From Planctomycetota bacterium (GTDB taxonomy: Bacteria; Planctomycetota; UBA8742; UBA2392): a stretch of 64,000 bases of DNA. Shown here piece by piece: positions 58,459 to 64,000 of the stretch; positions within the stretch are counted from its first letter, which is position 1, and every line of letters begins with the position of its first letter. Both the position numbers and the translations under genes were made by a program. The stretch lies in assembly GCA_015075515.1 (NCBI GenBank), contig JABTUE010000002.1, positions 661,478-725,477 on the forward strand, read 5' to 3'. The notes under the pieces are model-generated. The model was not told the DNA's origin, searched no databases, and was given only the letters and a program-made list of their open reading frames with translations.

Positions 58459-60561
58459 ATGAAGAGCCTTTACCGCGATGACGAAGCCGCCCAGTACGTG
58501 GAACGCTTCAAGGCCGCCGGCACCGATCTTGCGCTGCGTGTTTACACGTCAAGACTGATCGGGCGCGATCCTTCGCTGGTCATGCACGGTGGCGGCAACA
58601 CCAGCGTCAAGGGCGAGTTCACCAACCTGCTGGGCGAGCGCGTGCCGGCCATCTTTGTCAAAGGCAGCGGCTGGAATCTCGACAGCATCGAGCCGCCGGG
58701 CTTTCCCGGACTGGACCAGAACTACCTCAAGCGTCTGCGCGCGTTGCCCGCGCTGGGCGACGAAGAAATGGTGAACCAGCTTCGCACCCACATGTTCGAC
58801 GCCGAGGGCCCGAACCCCAGTGTCGAAACGCTGCTGCACGCCTTTCTGCCGCACAAAGTCGTGGACCACAGCCACGCCGACGCGATCCTGGCCGTCACCA
58901 ACCGGCCCAACGGCGAAGCGCTGGTGCGCGAAATCTTCGGCGCGCGGGTCGGCATTGTTCCCTACGTGATGCCGGGTTTTGCCCTGGCCAAAGTCTGCGC
59001 CGAAGTGTTCGAACGCGACCCGAACGTTGAAGGTCTTGTACTGCTCAAGCACGGGCTGTTCAGCTTCGGCGACAGCGCGAAGCAAAGCTACGAGCGCCAC
59101 ATCGCACTGGTCACGCTGGCCGAAGAATACCTGGCGCGCGAGTCACGCGCCGGCCGCAAACTTTCGCCGCGTTTTGACCCGCCGGCTGAACCCTCCGAAC
59201 TGTGCGCGCGCGTCGCGCCGGTGCTGCGCGGGCTGCTGGCCGAAGCCACGGGTGACCAGGACACGGCCTGGCGTCGCATGGTGCTGGACTGGCGCTGCAA
59301 CGACACAATCCTGGACTTCGTGAACAGCGCGGAATTTGCCAGGCTGGCGTTCACAGGCCCGCTGACGCCCGATCACGTAATCCGCACCAAGGCTCTGCCG
59401 CTGGTTGTGGCCGAACCGGATTTTGAAAACCTCGACGAGCAGTTGCAGGCGCTGGTGACCGACTACCGCCGCGCCTACAACGCGTACTTCGATCGCGTCA
59501 GCGAAATGCGCGGCGTCAAGCGCACACGGCTGGATGACTTCCCGCGCGTGGTGCTGATGCCCGGCGTGGGCATTCTGGCCTGGGGCGGCGGCAAGAAAGA
59601 CGCGCGCATCGCCGCCGACCTGGCCGAGCACACGCTGGCGGTCAAGGCGCAGGTGTTTGCCGGCGGCGAGTACCAGGCCCTGCCGGAAGAAGACCTTTTT
59701 GACGTCGAATACTGGCCGCTGGAACAGGCCAAACTGGGCAAACACAAACCCAAGGCTCTGGCCGGCCAGGTCGCGATTGTCACCGGCGGCGCCGGCGCGA
59801 TCGGCAGCGCCGTTGCAGCCGGTTTGATTGAACAGGGCTGTCACGTGATGCTGGCCGACATCAACGGCGAGCGTCTGGAGGCCACCTGCGAGGCTCTTGG
59901 CGCGAAGTACGGCAAGGATTCACGCCGCGGCGTGGTCTGCGACGTGACCGATGAACACAGCGTGCAGGCGCTGTTCCAGGAAACGGCGCGCCAGTTCGGC
60001 GGCGTGGACATCGTGATTCCCAACGCCGGCATCGCCCACAGCCAGCCTTTGGCCGACCTGGACCTGCACGACTGGCGCCGCGTGCAATCCGTCAACAGCG
60101 ACGGTTACTTCCTTGTCTGTCGTGAAGCCGCGCGTGCCCTGCGCGCGCAGGGCACCGGCGGGCATATCATTATCATCGGCAGCAAAAACGTGGCCGCACC
60201 CGGCGCCGAGTTTGCGGCCTACAGCGCCAGCAAAGCCGCCAGCCACCAGTTGGCCAAGGTTGCGGCCCTGGAACTGGCCCGCGACCACATCCGCGTCAAC
60301 ATTGTGGCGCCCGACGCCGTGTTCGGCGACGAACGCAACCCCAGCGGCCTGTGGGCCGAAGTCGGGCCTGACCGCGCCAGGGCCCACGGCATTGAGTTCA
60401 AGAACCTTGAGGAACACTATCGCGCCCGCAACCTGCTCAAAGCCCGGGTCACGGGGCGGCACGTGGCAAACGCCGTGATCTTTTTTGCCACCAACCAGAC
60501 CCCCACCACCGGTGCGACACTGCCCGTAGACGGCGGTCTTGCCCCGGCGTTCCCGCGTTAG
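58459..60561 (+). CDS. Bifunctional class II aldolase/adducin-domain protein fused to a short-chain dehydrogenase/reductase (rhamnulose-1-phosphate aldolase/alcohol dehydrogenase family).
   Basis: 700 aa. N-terminal ~430-aa class II aldolase-like region (HGGGNTS...; HSHADAILA metal-binding His cluster). C-terminal SDR with TGGAGAIGSAVA (TGxxxGxG), NAG, and YSASKAA (YxxxK). Confidence 0.8.
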   Translation: MKSLYRDDEAAQYVERFKAAGTDLALRVYTSRLIGRDPSLVMHGGGNTSVKGEFTNLLGERVPAIFVKGSGWNLDSIEPPGFPGLDQNYLKRLRALPALGDEEMVNQLRTHMFDAEGPNPSVETLLHAFLPHKVVDHSHADAILAVTNRPNGEALVREIFGARVGIVPYVMPGFALAKVCAEVFERDPNVEGLVLLKHGLFSFGDSAKQSYERHIALVTLAEEYLARESRAGRKLSPRFDPPAEPSELCARVAPVLRGLLAEATGDQDTAWRRMVLDWRCNDTILDFVNSAEFARLAFTGPLTPDHVIRTKALPLVVAEPDFENLDEQLQALVTDYRRAYNAYFDRVSEMRGVKRTRLDDFPRVVLMPGVGILAWGGGKKDARIAADLAEHTLAVKAQVFAGGEYQALPEEDLFDVEYWPLEQAKLGKHKPKALAGQVAIVTGGAGAIGSAVAAGLIEQGCHVMLADINGERLEATCEALGAKYGKDSRRGVVCDVTDEHSVQALFQETARQFGGVDIVIPNAGIAHSQPLADLDLHDWRRVQSVNSDGYFLVCREAARALRAQGTGGHIIIIGSKNVAAPGAEFAAYSASKAASHQLAKVAALELARDHIRVNIVAPDAVFGDERNPSGLWAEVGPDRARAHGIEFKNLEEHYRARNLLKARVTGRHVANAVIFFATNQTPTTGATLPVDGGLAPAFPR

Positions 60562-60597
60562 CCGGCGAATTGCCTGCTGTCAGCGGCCGGCAATGCG

Positions 60598-60609
60598 TCC
60601 TATATAGGA
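60598..60609. promoter_or_regulatory. Perfect 12-bp palindrome TCCTATATAGGA, 24 bp upstream of the esterase/RcnA operon start codon. Putative operator overlapping a TATA-like -10.
   Basis: Self-complementary sequence read directly from the DNA. It is the only A/T-rich hexamer in this GC-rich intergenic region. Confidence 0.35.
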
Positions 60610-60632
60610 AGCTGCCAATCCGGGAGTCTGCC

Positions 60633-62306
60633 GTGAGGACTTTGCGCATCAGCCTGCTGGCCTGTCTTGTGTTGACGCCTGCTTTTCTGGCAAAGCCGGG
60701 CCAGGCACAGGATGAACCGGCCGCCAAGCCTTTGATCCAGCGCTATCTGGACGCCACGGAGAACCGCAAGCCGGAGTACCGCAAACAACTGATCGCTCTG
60801 GGTGCCGACGGCCTGCGCAAGGCAATCGCCGAGTACCGATTTGAAAAACCAGCCCAGACCGGCACGGTCAAACAGCGCGTGATGTGCCCCGACGGCCACG
60901 TGCGCCCGATGTGGGTTTACGTTCCCGCAAACTACGACCCGCAAAAAAGCTACCCGCTGATCGTTCACATGCACGGCGGCGTGCGCGGCGCACCCGCCGA
61001 CGCCGACCCCGTCGGCCCCGGCCAGTACGAGCTGGAAAGCTGGCTGAATGTTCTGCCCGAAAACTGGCGCAACGAGTTGATCCTGCTGGGCGTTTCGGCC
61101 GGTGTACCCCAGACCGGCGAAGACGCCATGTGGTGGCGAAACGCCGGCCAGAAAAACGTGCTGCACATGATCCGCGAAACGCGCCGCCTGCTGAACATTG
61201 ACGACGACCGCATCTTCATTGAAGGCCACAGTGACGGCGCCAGCGGCGCGTTCGGGTTTGCCTTCCGGCGGCCTGACACCTTTGCCGGCTTTTTTCCCAT
61301 GAACGGTCACCCGCTGGTGCCGCACAGCAACGGCACAACGGCGTGGCTTGAAAACCTCAAGGGAAGCAGCATCTACGCCGTCAACGGCGGGGCGGACCAG
61401 CTTTACCCGGCGCAGTCACTGGCGCCGGTTTACACCCAGGCGCTGAACACCGGCGCCAGCATCGAGTGGAAGGTTCACGACCGCCTTGGCCACCAGATCA
61501 CACCCGTGCTGAAAGAGGAAGTCGCCAATATCCTAGCCACCCGCGTGGCCAAACAGCGGCGTGATCGCGCGCCCACAACTGTGGACTGGACCACCGACGA
61601 CCCCCAGACCGGCCGCCGCGCCTGGCTGGAGATTACCGAACTGCTGGACCTGGGCCGACACAACTCGGCACCGGCCAACGTGCAGATCCAGATTCCGGGC
61701 CGCCGCGTGCGCCTGGGTGTGCAGCTTTCCCAGGAGGCCGAAGCCCCCACCGTGGACACGGTCGTGGCCGGCAGCGTGGCCGAAAAGATCGGCGTCAAGG
61801 CCGGCGACGTGATTCTCAAGCTGGATGACAACGAAACGCCGGCCGTGGAAGACCTGCTGGAAGTGCTGGGCAAGAAGGCACCGGGCGACAACTTCACCCT
61901 GACGGTCCGCCGCGCCGGTAAAGAACACACGCTCAAGGGCCAGTTCGAGGGTGCCGATTCGCCTGCTGGCGCGGCAGCCATCACCGCCCGGGTTGTGGCC
62001 GAGCTTGCGCCGGGGCTGGTCAGCATTCGCGTGCGCAATGCGGGCACTGTGGTTCTGCACGTGACGCCGGCCATGCTGGACAGCGAGGGCAAACTTCAGG
62101 TTGTGCTGGTTCGCGCCGACGGCAAGACCCAGGTACTGCGCGCGGCCGCGCCCGTGGTCGCCGACCCGGCGGCAATCCTGGACGCCTTTGAGGCCGGCCT
62201 GGACCGCAAGGACACCACCATCGCGCGCCTTGTGCTGGACATTGCCGGGGCACTGGAAGTCAAGCGCAAGCCCAAGGCGCCGCCCCAGCAGGAAGATGAC
62301 TTCTAG
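60633..62306 (+). CDS. Secreted alpha/beta-hydrolase (PHB-depolymerase/esterase-like, GXSXG) with a C-terminal PDZ domain.
   Basis: GTG start 60633 with GGGAG 7 nt upstream. Signal peptide RTLRISLLACLVLTPAFLAKPGQAQ. PLIVHMHGG oxyanion-type motif. GHSDGASGAFGFAF nucleophile elbow. PDZ: VDTVVAGSVAEKIGVKAGDVILKLDDNETPAVEDLLEVLGKKAPGDNFTLTVRRAG. Confidence 0.65.
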   Translation: MRTLRISLLACLVLTPAFLAKPGQAQDEPAAKPLIQRYLDATENRKPEYRKQLIALGADGLRKAIAEYRFEKPAQTGTVKQRVMCPDGHVRPMWVYVPANYDPQKSYPLIVHMHGGVRGAPADADPVGPGQYELESWLNVLPENWRNELILLGVSAGVPQTGEDAMWWRNAGQKNVLHMIRETRRLLNIDDDRIFIEGHSDGASGAFGFAFRRPDTFAGFFPMNGHPLVPHSNGTTAWLENLKGSSIYAVNGGADQLYPAQSLAPVYTQALNTGASIEWKVHDRLGHQITPVLKEEVANILATRVAKQRRDRAPTTVDWTTDDPQTGRRAWLEITELLDLGRHNSAPANVQIQIPGRRVRLGVQLSQEAEAPTVDTVVAGSVAEKIGVKAGDVILKLDDNETPAVEDLLEVLGKKAPGDNFTLTVRRAGKEHTLKGQFEGADSPAGAAAITARVVAELAPGLVSIRVRNAGTVVLHVTPAMLDSEGKLQVVLVRADGKTQVLRAAAPVVADPAAILDAFEAGLDRKDTTIARLVLDIAGALEVKRKPKAPPQQEDDF

Positions 62307-62314
62307 CTGATACA

Positions 62315-64000
62315 ATGCCGCGGATGCGCAACCTGCTTCTGGTCGTGGCCCTGCTTGCCCTCTGTCCGGGGGTGGCTCTTGCGCATCCCTTTGACGACCG
62401 CGCTGAAGTGCTGGCCGAGGTGCTGATCGTCCGCACCGACCAGAAGCTCGAGAGCCTGAAGGTCACGGTTCAGTACCGCTACGAGGCGATTTACGCGTCA
62501 TTCAACGAAGCGCATCTGGAGCTGGACGACGACCGCGACGGTTTCATCAGCGCCTCCGAGCGCGACTCACGGTTTGCCGAACTGGCCCGCGACATCGCCG
62601 CGGCGGCGCAGCTTAAGGTTCGCGGCAAGCCGGCGCGGCTGGTTCCGCGCTTTGAGGAATTCTCGCTGGTTGATTTGGGCAACCCCGACAACCTGATCAC
62701 ACCCGAACGCGGCATGGACGTGCGCAACCTGCGCATCGGTTACTGGTTCACCTTTGACGTGGAACTGGCCGAAGCCTGGGGGCCGGGCAGCCACCCGGTC
62801 GAGTTCTACTTTTCCACGCGCATAAGCGCCGAACGCACGGCGCTGACCGACCCCGAAGACCAGTTGCGCGCCTTTGACGACCGCGGCTCGCGTCGCCGGG
62901 CCGTGCCGACCGTGCAGTACGGCAAAACCCGCGACAAGCACGACGTAATGGCCTTTGTCTGGGAGGCCCAGACCGACACCACCGGCCCGGCGCCGCGGCC
63001 GGTAGAGCCTCAGCCCGCGCCGCCTGTCGCGCCAGACAACTCCGCCGAGGAAGCCCGCGCCGCCGGTACCCGCCGGCTGCTGGAAACAGACAAGGAACGA
63101 CGCGACGAGTCCAGCGTGGACGCCCAGATTGACCGCGCCTTTCGCCAGTTACGTGACGGCAGCGCCGGGCCGCTGGTGTGGCTGTCGGTGCTGGGCCTGA
63201 TGTTTCTGCTTGGCTGTTACCACGCCGTGCAGCCCGGCCACGGCAAAACGCTGGTGGCCGGTTATCTGATCGGCACCCAGGGCAAACGCACCGATGCCCT
63301 GTTTCTGGGCGTAGTGGTCACGGCCGCGCACACCAGCGGCGTGCTGGCGCTGATGGGCGGCGCCTGGATCATCAGCGAAATCTGGCCCGGAACCTTCCGT
63401 GACGCCCACAAGACCATGGCCGAATGGATCACGTTCGGCGTGGGCGCAACCATTCTGCTGATGGGCGTCGGCCTTGCACTCAAGCGTGCCGGCGGCGTGC
63501 CGCACGTACACGACGCGCTGGGCCGCCACATTGACCCGCGTGACGGCCGCGTGCTAGACGACGGCCACAGCCATGACCACATGCACGATTCCGAACCCGA
63601 CCTGCCGGCCCACGAGCTGCGCGAACACCACGACCACACGCACGATCGTAACCACCGTCACCACGACCACGCTCACGGGCACACCCACCACACCCACGAA
63701 CATGACCACCACCACGTTCACGGGCACGGGCACGACCATCACCACGGACACACTCACGCGGCCGGCACCGGTCTGTCACGCTGGGAGGTTCTGCGGCTGG
63801 GTATTCTGGGCGGCATCATCCCGTGCCCCAGCGCATTTGTGATCGGCGCGATCGCCTTTCAACAACAGATGTATTTTGCCGGTCTGGTCATGGTGATTGT
63901 GTTCAGCCTCGGGCTGGCGCTGGTGCTGGCCACGATCGGTCTGGTGCTGGTTCAGACCAAGGACTACCTCAACGAGAAGCGTCGCACCACCCGCTCGCGC
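62315..64000 (+). CDS. Membrane protein with an N-terminal ~290-aa secreted domain fused to an RcnA/NicO-family Ni/Co efflux domain containing a ~65-aa His-rich loop. Partial: it continues beyond the window.
   Basis: Found by manual translation; it is not in the track because no stop lies in the window. MPRMRNLLLVVALLALCPGVALA signal peptide. HAVQPGHGKT (RcnA signature). His-rich HSHDHMHDSEPDLPAHELREHHDHTHDRNHRHHDHAHGHTHHTHEHDHHHVHGHGHDHHHGHTH. LGGIIPCPSA (RcnA GxxPCP motif). Starts 9 bp after the esterase stop. Confidence 0.7.
   Translation, partial: MPRMRNLLLVVALLALCPGVALAHPFDDRAEVLAEVLIVRTDQKLESLKVTVQYRYEAIYASFNEAHLELDDDRDGFISASERDSRFAELARDIAAAAQLKVRGKPARLVPRFEEFSLVDLGNPDNLITPERGMDVRNLRIGYWFTFDVELAEAWGPGSHPVEFYFSTRISAERTALTDPEDQLRAFDDRGSRRRAVPTVQYGKTRDKHDVMAFVWEAQTDTTGPAPRPVEPQPAPPVAPDNSAEEARAAGTRRLLETDKERRDESSVDAQIDRAFRQLRDGSAGPLVWLSVLGLMFLLGCYHAVQPGHGKTLVAGYLIGTQGKRTDALFLGVVVTAAHTSGVLALMGGAWIISEIWPGTFRDAHKTMAEWITFGVGATILLMGVGLALKRAGGVPHVHDALGRHIDPRDGRVLDDGHSHDHMHDSEPDLPAHELREHHDHTHDRNHRHHDHAHGHTHHTHEHDHHHVHGHGHDHHHGHTHAAGTGLSRWEVLRLGILGGIIPCPSAFVIGAIAFQQQMYFAGLVMVIVFSLGLALVLATIGLVLVQTKDYLNEKRRTTRSR

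Noticed and set aside
63540-63760. CAC/GAC microsatellite-like DNA, which the track splits into several small ORFs (63480..63779, 63554..63757, 63573..63842).
   Set aside because: It encodes the His-rich cytoplasmic loop of the RcnA-like transporter in the plus-strand reading frame. The small ORFs are alternative-frame artefacts.

Overview
This is a high-GC (~68%) bacterial chromosomal segment. Its gene content resembles Planctomycetota or related PVC lineages: giant secreted multi-repeat proteins, FHA and Ser/Thr-kinase signalling, an NPCBM protein, and a variant 16S 5' end. Taxonomy cannot be confirmed without a database search. Many long ORFs in the supplied track are antisense shadows typical of high-GC DNA and are rejected. 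Genes that run off the window edge are missing from the track and were found by manual translation: a CarboxypepD_reg-like repeat protein at 1..2626 on the minus strand, and an RcnA-like transporter at 62315..64000 on the plus strand.

Main content, in order:
- A secreted CarboxypepD_reg-repeat protein and a secreted NPCBM-domain protein, divergently arranged.
- A DEAD-box helicase.
- A triple-fusion MFS(LplT)/PlsC-acyltransferase/acyl-ACP-synthetase (Aas-like).
- A signalling neighbourhood: a Ser/Thr kinase translationally coupled to a 97-aa ORF, a class II cytochrome c, and an FHA-TM-CAP-domain protein.
- A 1029-aa orphan secreted protein.
- A TPR protein with a C39-like papain-fold peptidase domain, flanked by hypotheticals and a 76-bp tandem repeat.
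- An ~18-kb cell-surface polysaccharide locus: an AlgI/AlgJ-like O-acetylation pair, glycosyltransferases, a Wzy_C-like protein, Wzz/PCP, Wza/OPX, UDP-xylose synthase, and ABC transporter Wzm/Wzt with a C-terminal glycan-binding extension. Its genes on the minus strand form a translationally coupled block.
- Immediately upstream of that block, a 2,776-aa secreted giant protein: LamG x2, ten tandem 116-aa Ig-like repeats encoded by an exact 348-bp DNA tandem array, and Kelch beta-propellers.
- RecJ.
- A complete rrn operon on the minus strand (16S, tRNA-Ile, tRNA-Ala, 23S, 5S).
- apt, a bifunctional class-II-aldolase/SDR, a PHB-depolymerase-like esterase with PDZ, and the start of an RcnA/NicO-like Ni/Co efflux protein with a long His-rich loop.

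Most interesting: the giant LamG/Ig-repeat/Kelch protein coupled to the glycan ABC-export locus, and the FHA-CAP/kinase/cytochrome-c' module.
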